This document shows, in pieces, positions 12,390-24,672 of a stretch of DNA of 38,946 nucleotides. The stretch is from Catajapyx aquilonaris. Taxonomy: Eukaryota. How positions within the stretch are numbered: position 1 is the stretch's first letter; each line of letters starts with the position of its first letter. Location: contig KZ538218.1 in NCBI GenBank assembly GCA_000934665.2, forward strand, positions 62,001 through 100,946, given 5' to 3'. The translations under genes and the position numbers were made by a program. The notes beneath the pieces were generated by a model. The model was not told the DNA's origin. It did not search any database and saw only the letters and a list, made by a program, of their open reading frames with translations.

Positions 12390-15300
12390 CCTTTCGCGAG
12401 ATGGATTACTGATTTGCCCAAGCGATATCATTCAATTTAGCCTCCCGTACGAAGGAAACGAACTTTTTTGACTAACTCGCCTGCAAGTTTCCCTTTTCCT
12501 TCCTTTCAGCCTTTGACCGATGAGGAAAAAAGTTGGCCGGCAGATTTTAAAGTTGGGGTGACAGTCGGCAAACTTGACTCTTTGGGAATTGCAGGTTGCA
12601 AGGGAGAGAAAGGGGAGGCAGGCAGCAAGGCAATGGGAGGGGGTAGGTTGGCGGCGCTTAAATTCCGCGCTGGCGGGCCTTTATGGCCCGAGGAGTCGAG
12701 GCCCCCGAGCCGACGAAGCAATTCCCCCGAATTGCCCCGCTGCCCCAACTTGCCACTAATATTCCCTTTTACGTCACGCCTATAAAGCGCGTACTTGGGG
12801 GACAGTGTATCTCCTTTCCTACAGTCGGGGGGGGGGGGGGGNGGAGAAGAGGAAGAGGGAAATCTGCCCCATTATAAGGCGCACTCTATCGCTACCAAAG
12901 TACGGCACAAGAACAAAAAAAAATGGACCTTCTTCGTATTCCATGCTTATCACATGGACCGCCATTCAGGCCTTTGATCGGAAAAATAAGCCCCGTGCTT
13001 GCGGCCCAATATCGGGTAACGAGCTCCGAATGGCCCCAGAGGGACCCTCGGATTTGGGGCCGCCGTTAATACCCAATCTGCCGAGTTCCTTTGCAGGTAA
13101 GGTCTGGCAGTGTTGTAAAAAAGCGAGGCACGTTCGTATAAGGTGTGCAACGGAAAGGCGCGCCCTATTAAAATGCGCCAGAAGAAATGCCTGGTGTCAC
13201 GACCAATGGACCCTCGCCCGTTCCAGAAACTGTCCAAGGCGGGGAGGGAGAACCGGGTTGAAGAATTGGATTTTGTAATTAAATGAACCGGGCGATTTTT
13301 CAGGCGCACAGGGAGTCGGCTCTAATTCGCTGGCCCCGCCTGCATTTTTTTCCTCTCTCGTCTCCGCCCCCACTCCATCCTCAGGGGCCTTAATTTCATA
13401 AGGGATTTGATGCGCTTCTTTGCCTAATGAAAGCCATGTTTTATCCCTCATCTTTGAGTCGGAGGTGCAGGGAACAATCTACGTAATGGTCTTGGAGGAG
13501 AAGAGGCTTGGCTATTGTCCCGATGCCCCATTCTTCTGATGGTCTCGCACACGGGGGATGCCGCCATTGCCAACCACATTTTACACAAACTGCTGTTTAT
13601 GAAGAGACCGGACTTTCTTTGGACCAGAAGAGATTGCATTAAACCGGATTATATGCACTGGTCGGAGTTCCGTCTCCAATTAATTTACCGCCATTTTCCC
13701 ATGGGGATTTTCCCAGGGAAAAAAGGCGTGGCCTCATTGTCGGTCACCAATGGTCCAATGTGAGTGGCTCACCTGCTGACAGGTGCTCAAAAGGCGGAGC
13801 TTGGGTTGGGACATCACCTCTGCCAATCGGGCAGCCGGCCCTACCACCTGGCCAGGTGGGCTTCAACCATTGGCCCCAAGAGTTGCTAGGCGACACCTGG
13901 GCAGGTACGGGATTGAGGGTGGGAGCTTGCTATATATCGATCGGGTGTTAGCATAGGAAGAGTGTGGGGGGGGGGGGGGGGAAANTAGGGGGAGGTTGCG
14001 CCATCCCATTGGGCCTATCAGCAAATTGGACTCCCTATCAAAATTAGAAATCGTCGGCGGCAAGCCGAAACGAGGGAATTTCGCACGGGGCTGCATCTGA
14101 TAACCCCGCTCCGCTTCAGGATGGCTTTAGGGCCCATTTTTGTTGCGGCGTTCCCACCAGGCGGAGCGCCGCCGCTTTGTTTGCTGGCCGTCAGTCCGGC
14201 GCCGTTTTTTTTCTCTTCTTTTTTTGGGGATGGCCGCCGCAGTTGATGCAGGGGAAGGAGGGTTGGATGGTGTTTCTTGGATGGGGATTATAATGGGGGA
14301 GGCTGCCAAGGCGCATGTATGTATCTTATCAAAGCTGGATGCGACATACCTGAGAATTTAGCGACCAATAGGGTGGTGCCACACCTCCAACACCGGCTTA
14401 TTGGTCGTTGGCCGTCACCACGCAACGTTCTACTGGATGTTCACATTAGGCAATGGGCAGCGCAATGACCGCAATTTGAGAATAATGTGGAATTGCAATG
14501 AAAGAAACATTGTGGTGACCAATTTGGGTCATGGGGCCATAACTATAACTCGGGTTGGCGGTCTCTTTGATGTGCAGTAAGGAAGGTGATGGCTTGGCTC
14601 CGTATTATTCGTGTTTGCATGGGTGGAAAATGTGGAGGCAAAAGTCATTGCTTGGTTATTGCTGCAACCAGCGCAGTTATGGCATGTCGCAGCTGCTTCA
14701 GAATGATAGTGGCGAACAAGGCGCGGGAAGATGAGGTGTCAAAAATGGGTCCGTTATTCATCCAATAGGGAAATTTCGTCGGTTTTTAGATACGCATTCT
14801 TTCCTGTGTACATCCCCCCGAGGGATATTTTCCCCAGTAGTTACACTAAGACCATGATGAACATAAAAAGCGAGCTCCAGGTATTATCCTGACCTATACG
14901 CAACCCAATTGCCTCTCTTGCCGTGCGTGAAGGTAACTTGCCAGGCCCATTTGGCATAGCCATCTCGGATAGCCGTTTTTCCCTTCAATTTGGGGGAACA
15001 CTCGCGCTGCTACCTTATCATAGGTTGTGCATTTATAACAACACATTGTTAGCATTAGTGCGCTGGTGTGTGAGTGTGTGTGTGTGTCGAGGGATTGGGG
15101 AGAGGGTCGGAGGGCCAACATCAATACACCCCATTACATCATTTCCGTCGAATCGCCGTGATTTCCAATACACTGAATGCGGGCGAGAATTTGTCCCCCC
15201 CCCCCCCCTCTTCTGCCCCCTTTCCCCCAAACCTCTTTCTCTCTGGCCCCATACCGTACCTCCTCCTGCTCTTCGTCGGGACAAAGGTTGATTCAGCGGT

Positions 15301-17075
15301 GCATTGAGCGCCGCCCGAGCAGAAACGGTCCAAGCCGGAAGCTGCCTTTTCTCCGTGCCGAGCATTGTGGGGAGGTTGTGACGTCAGGCGGAAGAAGGGG
15401 TCAGGAGGTGTCCGACACGTCATCACACACACGTGGCTTCTCATCGTCACCAAAATGTCTCTTCTTCCTTTTCCGCACCCCACAACCCACCCCCCACGAC
15501 TCTCTCTTTGGACGGGCCTCCGCCTCGGAAACTTCACTCGGCAATTAAGTTGTCATTTGTTTTTCAGGGCAAGGGGAGGCATTTCCCGAAATTCCCTCCC
15601 CAAAATTAAGAGTTGGCACTCCTGAGACTGCAGCCATCCACCAAGTGCTAAATGTAATTATTTTCAGGAGTTGGCGGCCGGAGGGATTAGCGGAATTCAA
15701 AGATTATGCCCGAGATAATAAGGGCGGCTAGGAAGCAAAATTGCTTTTGCCTGTCTTCATATCCGGGCGAGGAAGGGGATGGCGGGGGAGGGGAGGGAGG
15801 GATGACGAGGGGCCGGCGGCGCCGTCCAGGAGGCGCTGCCCCATTGTTGCCCCGTCACTTGCTTCAATTAGCCCCCCTCCTCTCCTCCCTCTCCCCTGCC
15901 ATCTCCTGCTGCAGAGGCCGCCTGACAGATATTGAACGCCGCGCGGCAGAAAAATGTAATCTCGCCCTTGTTTTATCGCCACGATAAAAGGAAGCAATAC
16001 AGTGGAGGGGTAATTCCGCTGCTAATCAGAAAAATTAAAAAGGGGGGGCATCTTGCGCAGGGCTGGCAACGGCCGACCCCTTCGCCTCCTCTTCCCTCCC
16101 TCGCCTCCCCAGAACCCGGGGCCCACCCGCCCCCCTCCGGACAACAAATTTGATTTCGCCTTCCGAGAAGAATGCAAAGTAGTTCCTGGGCGCCGCCAGC
16201 TGAAGAGTGTGTAAAATGTAATCAAACGTTGTCGGGGTGATTACGGAACGAGGGAAGGGTGGGCGGGGGTGGGGTGGAGGGGGGCGAAGAAGAGGCTCCC
16301 TCACAACTTTTAATTTCTGCTGTCGCGCGGCAAAAGTGTCGTCTTGGGCCCCAAGATGGGCTGTACATGGGGTGGGTGGTGGGTGAGTGTGCAGCCATCA
16401 CTCTTGGGACCGGGCTGCTGCTGCTGCTTCCTTATTCTGCTCCTTAACCCGTGTCCCAGGTCACTCAATAGCCAACAAAAAGGGAATAAAATAATGCTGT
16501 GTTCCTCTTTCATCGCTCTCAAAGGATTGCAGTTGACGCACAAGTATGTTATTGTTCCACTGTATATAATCTGTGTATAGTATTGTGGGGAAGGGACTGC
16601 TCATTTGGGTCCGACAGTTTTTCAAAACTAAATAAAAAAAAGAAAAAAGGCGGTGCCACCCGTCCCCAAAAATTGTGCACCATGGTGTAAAGTTTAGCGA
16701 CGCTATTTTTGGGTGCTTGTCCGTTATAATTATTGACCGCCGTGCTTCCACCTGCAGTATGTGTGTGTGGGGGGACCGGTGGAGAGGTGGGGGTGTTTCC
16801 GTCGAACCGTTCGACATGCTGAAATCACATCCACGGAAACACGGGTGTGTTCATGTGGGGCTGGCGTTGGAGCGTAAATGGAACTGCAGCATTGTACAGT
16901 AATATTGGCAAGTGCGGTTCGGCAGATGTAGCTAACTAACTGCTGCTGCAAAAAAAGTTGCGGGTGTAAACGGTTTTGAAGGGGTAGATATGAATGCGTG
17001 TGTGTGCGTGTGTGAATGCTTAAGAAGGCGTTGGGAGACTGGACCTCACCAACACGCGCCCTATTTTCTCGCCAG

Positions 17076-17363
17076 TGGAGCTGGAGAACATGGGAGAGGA
17101 GCTGGAGCTTGAGGAGCCTGGACGCGGAAGCGGAAGCAGCAGCGGCAGTAGCAGCAGCGGAGGCGGCAGCGAGGACGGTGGGAGAGCCGAAGAACCTCCG
17201 GCCGAGGAGCCTCCGGATGCCAACCACAACGTGAAGGAGAGGCGGGCGCCAGGAGAAGAGGAGGCCCGTATCCGGGAGCTGCTCCGTCGAGGCGACACGG
17301 CAGTCATCTACCCGGAGCCGGCTGAGGGTGAGATACCAGGGTGGGACCCGGGGCGGCACTCAG
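17076..17363 (+). CDS. zfh1: zfh1/ZEB coding exon A (first visible coding exon, acidic N-terminal region)
   Basis: Acceptor attttctcgccAG ends at 17075. In-frame ATG at 17090 has good context (aacATGG). Encodes IRELLRRGDTAVIYPEP (17270-17320), resembling the ZEB1/ZEB2 EYLQRSDTA(I/V)IYPEAP motif. Two phase-1 donors are possible (after 17327, GTGAGA; after 17363, GTAGCG), both in phase with the next exon. Confidence 0.8.
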
Positions 17364-20300
17364 GTAGCGGACGCTCCAGGCAGTCGCTTCAGGCTGGATG
17401 GTGTCCGCCAACTTTGAGCGCTGTCAAATGCCCCCCGTCCCGGCTCCAACAAGGGAGTGCATTAGGGGAACAATGGCGGGCCGGCGGCTAATGCGATAGG
17501 GGAGAGTAATGTTCCGCGGAATTTTAATCGGAGGGTGAGGGTGGAAGAGGAGGGGCCAGGTGCAGGGGAGAGCGCTCTCTCTCTCTCTCTGGCTCCTTTC
17601 CATACTTCTTGTTCTTCTTCTTCTTGTGGATGCGTCGGCTCTTGACAAGCCCTCAACCCGTCCCCGCCAGCCTTCCGCAGCCGGCGAAGGCGGGGCCAAG
17701 AAAATCGAAGTTTTCCACCGAAGAAGCCCTGAATCGCATCTAATTTGCTTCCAAATGACGCCGCGAATTTCGGCCGCGGGTTTCTTTGGCAAAATAATTA
17801 AAACCGTTACTCCCTTCCAGACTGTCGGCGGCAACTTTCTAATTAATTAAAGCCACTTAATAAAACCCCCTTCGGTTCCCGCCGCCGACTTCGGGCTGGA
17901 GACGCCGCAGGAGGGGTGGGAGGAGGGGGTAGGAGGGAGGACCAAGAAATACAAATGAAGTCATAAAAGAGGGGGAATTAAGCCGAGTCTGGAAGGCAGG
18001 CTATTGCGCCCGGGCCCAGAATGACGGATAGATAGATCTATGCGTGGTACGCACGAACAGGAAGGTACTGCAATAATAAGCCTCCCCTTCCATCTGAAAT
18101 AATAACCGGCGGCTAAGAAGGCCAAGAGATGATGATGGGATACAATTCGTGGGCGGCGATGCCACGTGCAACCCGACCCTGGAATCGATATAGGGGCTAC
18201 CGTGCGAAAAGGGCCCACGTGGCAACCCTGCTACGGTCCGACTTAATATAACAGGCCTCAAACAGCCAGGTTATTTGGCCCCGAGGGTGGGAGCATTCCT
18301 TTGTAACTGCAGCCAGTCATTAGGGCCGGGCGGGCTGGCAGTTGGCGGCGTTCAAGATGGCGCTTGTGGAAGAGGCCTGTTCGGTGGGTGGGTAGGTGGG
18401 TGGGTCTCACCTGGGCCTCCCACCGACGTGGCAACGGGGCACATGGCGCCGTCCATCGAGTCGTATTGCGTTGACGTTCCAATGGGGAAAAGGGATCAAT
18501 AAAAGAAGGATTACACAGGGGCTGGGAGGGGGTGCCAACCGTTGCGGTTGACTGGCCCCACAGGGGACCAAATAGGAGGAAGAAAATGTGACCAGCGTGT
18601 GTGGGGTCCGGAGTGGGAGCCCCCTCCACCCACCCAATCGATAGCCAACATTGGCGTCAGGTGTGCGATAGTGGAGGCGCGCTAATTGAGGGGAGGGCAC
18701 TCCTGCACGTCCACAGCCTGTTCCAACACTTGATCGGAATTGCTTCCCTCAACTTCGATGAGGGAGGGGGCGAATAGGGGGATTGCGCTCTTTCGCACGC
18801 TATATCGGTAGGCGTGTCAAAAAGCCTCACTGGGTCAGGTCAAGTCAGGTGCGTGTATAAGAGCAATCATCCCCAATTTTTTTTATGTAGATATGTACAA
18901 TTTTTGGGTTAAACGGACCGTGCTGTTTGCGCGCTTAAACACACCCATAGTTTCTGGCTTTTCAACGAGAGTATCATTGACACGCTTCTGTCCCGGGTAT
19001 TGGGCCTATCAGCCCCGCTTTGTCACGGTACACGATTGCATATTTGGTCATCACCGGTTTTTAACAATGCGGCCCTATGTAGTTGCAGGTAGCGAGCCTG
19101 CCGGTTTATCCTAACTGTTCAGGGCAACCCGCATGCGGGGTTGTATACGGCGCGGAGGAGTGGCCTAACTTCCAGGATAAAAAGTAGGCGCAGAGGGTAA
19201 TAGGGTTGGTTTTGAAACGGGCTGGATGCTGGAAACATTGACGCGATTTTAATGAAATGAATCGGCGTCATGTCACGCACTTGTCATTCCGGTGCCACTT
19301 GAAAATACTGCCAATCTGGTTTTAAAATAAACGCGGATATTTTGCGAACATGTAATAGGGCTCGTGATTGCCTAATGTACTGCCATGTTATACGACGTGC
19401 AATTATTCAATCACAGTGCTGAGTAAAGTGCAGTTTAGTAGTAAATAAGCCATTAACATTCAGTAAATGGCCCGGATTGCCTCAGTTTGGCAGTGCTCAT
19501 TAATGATAGCATTGGATAGGGGTCGGGATCGGGTGTGTCGAACGGTTTCAAAAGAGAGCAGCTTTTCTCAGGTGATGTGATTTTCTCAAGCAGGTATTAG
19601 TCACGTGATGACTCACACTGTACTTTCGGGGTGTGCGTCGAGTGTATGGTGCAGGCCTTTTTGTTCCCTCTCCCCCCTCACCTGCTTGGGCAGCGAGTAG
19701 TCCCCCTCCCGGTTTCTCCCCGGGTTTTTCAGATGGCCCGTGACGAGAGAGGCGGAAGAAAAAGCGGGGCGCCGGCGACGGTGGCGCGAATTTGCATAAG
19801 AATGCTTCGGCGGCGGCGCGCAGCCCCGGCCGGGATAATCAGGCGCCATTTGCATGCCTAATGCGCCGCGGGAAAATAAAGTTAGTTCGCTCGGAAAATG
19901 AAAGGTAGCGTTTTCGTCTGGCGAGCAATAACATGTTTATGGTTCAGTCTCCACGAAAAGGGAAGATTTGTATGGATCTGCTATGCTGTGTTATGTTGGG
20001 CGGCGGGAAAAGGACTGATGGCGGGAGAGGGGGCGGACTGAGGGGAGGGGTGGGGAAGTTGCAGCAGAGGACGGGCGCCTCCGGGCCTTGTTGCCTTTTT
20101 CTGCTTTTCTCGGCTGGGATTGAGAATTGGAGCGATGCGGTGGGGGTCGGTGGGTGTATGGGGGGTGGCGACAGAGCGGCGTCGCTCCCGGAGTCATTCC
20201 CCAAATGGCGCGCTGATCCTTCGCTCGCAACCGCGGCCACGGCCAACAGGCTGACCCCCTCCACTACCCTCCTCCTTTTCCCCATCCACTCACGGCTCCA

Positions 20301-20945
20301 TCCACTTACCCGGAGCCCTCCCGCAAATCTTAACGCAATTACGCTCAATTTAATTAGGGCTAATTAGAGGCAAGAATGGCGGGCAATTAATACAGGTAAT
20401 TTGCATCAGCGGATTATTTATGTAAATAAGCTGGGTGCCAGGCGCGGGGAGAGTGGAGGCGGCGGGCGAGGGAGGCTGGGAGCATTTTTCAGAGTACCTG
20501 TCACGACGACGAGTGAAAAGGAGGCTGCGGGAGGGGGAGAAGGGGGATGCGGAGGAGAAAGGCGGCGCCGTGCGTGGCGCCTACCGCGGAGATCGAAGCG
20601 TCGGGAGACGCCGTGGCGTCGCGCGAGAGGGCAAAGTTACGCTTCGTTCGACTCCCGGACGGCGCCTAATTCCGGCCAAGGCGCAATATCCGGAGAGGCA
20701 CTCTATAGGCATAGGGGTCCTCCTACCTCCACCCCTCGCCCACATCCATATTCAGCGCCAGTTATCAAGGGGAGCGATCCCCAATCTCGGCCAGCCTCCT
20801 GCGCTTTATAGGGAGGCGGCCGTGGGGGGGTCCCACTTGGCCTCTAAATCATGCCGATACGGCCTGCCATTTTTCAGAGGGTCCACCGTTGCCACGTGGA
20901 TGGTCCAGGTGGCATGGTAGTCACGTTTGTCCTTTCCGTCTGCAG

Positions 20946-21232
20946 TGACTCCGTTGCCGTGCCCGCACCCGCAGTGCTCCAACGGGGCCCCAGGGATGGT
21001 GGCCCTCAAGGAGCACCTGCAGATGGTCCATGGCGAGTCTCCACAGCTCCATCCGACTCTTCATCCTCCGCCCTCGCCCTCGATGCTGCCTCATGTCACT
21101 CCGGTCACGGCCGAACCTACTGCTGCTGCCTCGGTCTCTTCCGGATTCACCTGCACCCACTGCCACGTCACCTTTCTCCAGAGGGATCAGCTGGAGAAGC
21201 ATGAGCTGGTCCATGCGCCCAACGCCCAGGTG
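20946..21232 (+). CDS. zfh1: zfh1 exon B: zinc fingers 1 (CPHPQC...HLQMVH) and 2 (CTHC...HELVH)
   Basis: Acceptor cctttccgtctgcAG (phase 1) and donor GTG|GTAAGT (phase 0). Two C2H2 patterns in the translated frame. Confidence 0.92.
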
Positions 21233-21849
21233 GTAAGTTGGGGTGGGACCATCTACATGCTGTCGGTTGCAGCTTCCCTTCTGCCACCCCTGTGACTAGG
21301 GAAGGGGGAAGCGGGATGGAGGGAGACCCCCCTTGCCCCCCTAAAAATAATGAGATTCACGGCCGAGGGAAAACCAGAAGTGGTGTGGCGCGAGAGGATT
21401 CAAAAGACCGCGATGACACATTCAGTTTTATATCAGGCATGAATGAAAATTGGGCAATGACCAAGTCGTGTGGCGGGGACCAGCTTTTTGATTCCTGAAT
21501 TTTGAGTCACAAACATGACACTGAGCGTGTCATTTTTTTATTAGTTTTTGTTCTGGGGAGAGGAGTTGTCATGGGAAAACGTGGTGTAGAGGGGCCTCAC
21601 GCTATAAGAGGAACGGTGCGCAATGCTTAGAACTAACCATGAATCACTCTTATCGCCATATGAGGGCGCTTAATCGTGTTTGGAGTAATTTTAACTATTA
21701 GGAAAAACTGCAGATATTGCATTTACTGTTGCCGATTAGCGTGCGACGACTCGACCCATGGTTGCCTTACTTCCCTTATAGCAGATTATGATTACACTTT
21801 GTTAAACTCAAGTTGCTTGTGTGCTAAGCTTGAATCTTGTACCCTACAG

Positions 21850-21990
21850 GCATGCAAAGTGTGCAGCAAGACCTTTGCCAATGTATACCGCCTTCAGCGT
21901 CATATGATAAGTCACGAAGAGAGCGCCGTGCTTCGAAAGTTCAAGTGCCCAGAATGCGACAAGGCGTTCAAGTTCAAGCATCACCTCAAG
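21850..21990 (+). CDS. zfh1: zfh1 exon C: finger 3 and first part of finger 4 ([22 protein letters not shown]...[17 protein letters not shown])
   Basis: Acceptor ctacAG, donor AAG|GTAGGC, 141 nt, phase 0-0. Sequence is characteristic of the insect Zfh1 N-terminal finger cluster. Confidence 0.96.
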
Positions 21991-21994
21991 GTAG

Positions 21995-22198
<204 letters not shown>

Positions 22199-22284
22199 TG
22201 ATTTCTCACGGATTGCCAGGGATACATTGTTGACATCAGGAGCTAACTGTAGCTGAAGAACTACCATCGTAATAATACACTATA

Positions 22285-23022
22285 CAGGGTGGGGCAAATG
22301 TCATGGGCGGGTTTAAACGACGCAGCATGGCGCAAGTAACGAACGATTATATTTAAAAAAAATTATACTACACAGAAAGATATGCCATTTATGGATCAAG
22401 GTCCAAAAAAGCCACTTCTTGAAAACAATACCGGATAGATGTCCACCTTTGCGGGCAACACATATTCCTCCAAACGCCGGACGAAACCCTTCATAACGCA
22501 CTCCAGCATGACTGTCTAGTGAAATGTTTCTCACGGCGTGTCTTATCTGATCCTTAAGATCAGCCAATGACTGAGGTGTGGTGAACACCAAACTCTTCAG
22601 GTACCCCCACAAGAAGAAATCGGGGGTGATCAAATCCGGCGACCGCGACGGCCAAGGAATGTCCCCAAATCTCGAAATGATCCTCCCAGAAAACACTTGA
22701 CTTTTAATTTGTTCGGTGTTCGCCACACGTCCTCAGTCATTGGCTGATCTTAAGGATCAGATAAGACACGCCGTGAGAAACATTTCCATGGACATGCTGG
22801 AGCGCGTTATGAAGGGTTTCATCCGGCGTTTGGAGGAATATGCGTTGCCCGCAATAAAGGTGGACATCTATCCGGTGTTGCTTTCAAGAAGTGACTTTTT
22901 TGGACCTTGAGCCATAAATGGCATATCTTTCTCTGTGCAGTGTAATTTTTTAAAAGTATATCGTTCGTTACTTACGCCATGCTGCGTCGTTTAAACCCGC
23001 CTATGACTTTTGCCCCACCCTG
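22285..23022. mobile_element. Tc1/mariner-derived fold-back element containing a transposase C-terminal remnant
   Basis: TA|CAGGGTGGGGCAAA ... TTTGCCCCACCCTG|TA. Inverted arms of about 305 bp (22285-22589 and 22715-23022). The minus strand encodes WPSRSPDLITPDFFLWGYLKSLVF. Confidence 0.93.
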
Positions 23023-23039
23023 TACATAGAGAGTAACTA

Positions 23040-23400
23040 CAGGAAGTCCCCTGTTTATACGAACGACCCGACTTACGGCGATCCGTACTTACGAACGGGC
23101 TACCAAGGCTCCCCCAGAAGGATAATAAATTTATAATATTATCCTCCACATTTTCAATAACTTCTGCGTACCTTGACTGACACCAAGTTCATCATAAATA
23201 TACTGTGCAATAAATAAATAACTGGGGAACTACGTTCTTCCGCGCATGTAAACAAACACATGACGTAAGCGGTTCGTTGGAGCAGCATCTTTACGTTGTA
23301 TATGTGCTTTGTTCCTCAGGGATCCGAGTTACTTACAAATCCGACTTATACGGACATCTCCGCAGGAACGTAACCCCGTTCGTAGACCGGGGACTTCCTG
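23040..23400. mobile_element. pogo/Tigger-like MITE
   Basis: TA|CAGGAAGTCCCC...TACGAACG at the left end and CGTTCGTA..GGGGACTTCCTG|TA at the right end, with subterminal ACTTAC-type repeats. Confidence 0.85.
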
Positions 23401-23562
23401 TATTTTAAAAATGATAATTGTTCAGGTTTTAATTGCAATTCACTATGTGGCTCCTTCCAGAGTAAACTGTGCACATCTCTTAAAAATCAGAGAATTGAAG
23501 TTTTAGTTCCAAATATTTGAGACAGGTAATAAGGAGAGAATGGGGAAATTCTGGTATTACAG

Positions 23563-24672
23563 ATGGGTAGAGGCAGAGGCGCGGCCACCCAGGAAAAAAA
23601 CTCGTCCGGATCAGCAAGTACGACCGCGCCGACTTCCAGAGCGGCCAGTTCCAAACGCTCCATTCCCAGCCCGTTTGCTCCGATCCTTCCAAAGTACGGC
23701 GACGGTAGTTGCGCTTCTTTGCCTCCGGCATCTGCAACACCGTCGCCGCAGCAGCCTCCATCGGGGCATCCGGGGCCAGCATCTGTCTTGTCTTGTCTAC
23801 CTTCCGCTTACTTTAGCCCCTTCCTGTTGGCACCCTACGTCCTACCCCCAACGGCACCGCTCCAACGGCCAATCACCATAGATGACCAGGAACATGACCT
23901 TTGCAACGGCGATGTCGGGACAGAGGAGAAGGTTGCAGCCGCCATGAGAGGGCTTGAGAGCAGCGAAGACCTCGGAGCGGTCAAGCACATCCTGGCCACA
24001 GTCAATGCTTCGGTCACCAAGCAGCTATTGATGGAAGCTGGCATGCACAAGCTGGCCAACGGAGCTCTAGTGCATTCCCCTCCTCATTCACCACAGCAGA
24101 AAGGACACCACCACCACCACCACCACTTCCATAACCATCACCAGAAACTCAAGTTAGAGCACACCAGATCGCAATTGCAACGAGAAGGCCTGGCCGCCAA
24201 ACTAGAGGAAGCCTTGGCCACTCCTCCTCCTACAAGAAGCGACACTGAAGCCGACTCGGAAGTGGCTGCGGAGGATGAAGTAGCTGTCAAAGAGGAGGTA
24301 GACACGGAAGAGTCGTCGTCGAGGAGAGAATTGGATGGTCAGGAACAGTATGATGAGGAGGACGAGGAGGACGAGGAGGACGATGAGGATGCACATACTA
24401 GTGAAATTTCGCGTGAAAAGGAGGGAGCTGAAGACAGACAGGAGGACATGGACGTGACAGAGGCAGGACCAAGGACTGAAACTGAAGGAGAAGCCGAGGC
24501 TGAATCGGAAGAAGTCACTACTCAGGATGGGCGAAGAGTGAGAGTGAGATCTTTGATCGGCGAAGAACAGCTGGCTGCTCTTCGGGCACTCTATTCGCAA
24601 ACACCCAGACCACGTAGGGAGGAAATGGTAGCCCTTGCTCGCCGGATTAACTTCCCTCTACGGGTGGTGCAG
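23563..24672 (+). CDS. zfh1: zfh1 exon E: central region with VKHILATVNASVTKQ motif, poly-His and acidic tracts, and the N-terminal part of the homeodomain
   Basis: Acceptor ttacAG, donor CAG|GTATGT, 1110 nt, phase 0-0. Ends in RVRSLIGEEQLAALRALYSQTPRPRREEMVALARRINFPLRVVQ. Confidence 0.92.

Noticed and set aside
12770..12830. TATAAAG as an alternative promoter
   Set aside because: No good initiator at the expected distance; cannot be supported without CAGE data.
3054..16900. Many 60-170 aa ORFs on both strands
   Set aside because: Expected in GC-rich, low-complexity non-coding DNA. No domains and no phase-compatible zfh1 exon identified.
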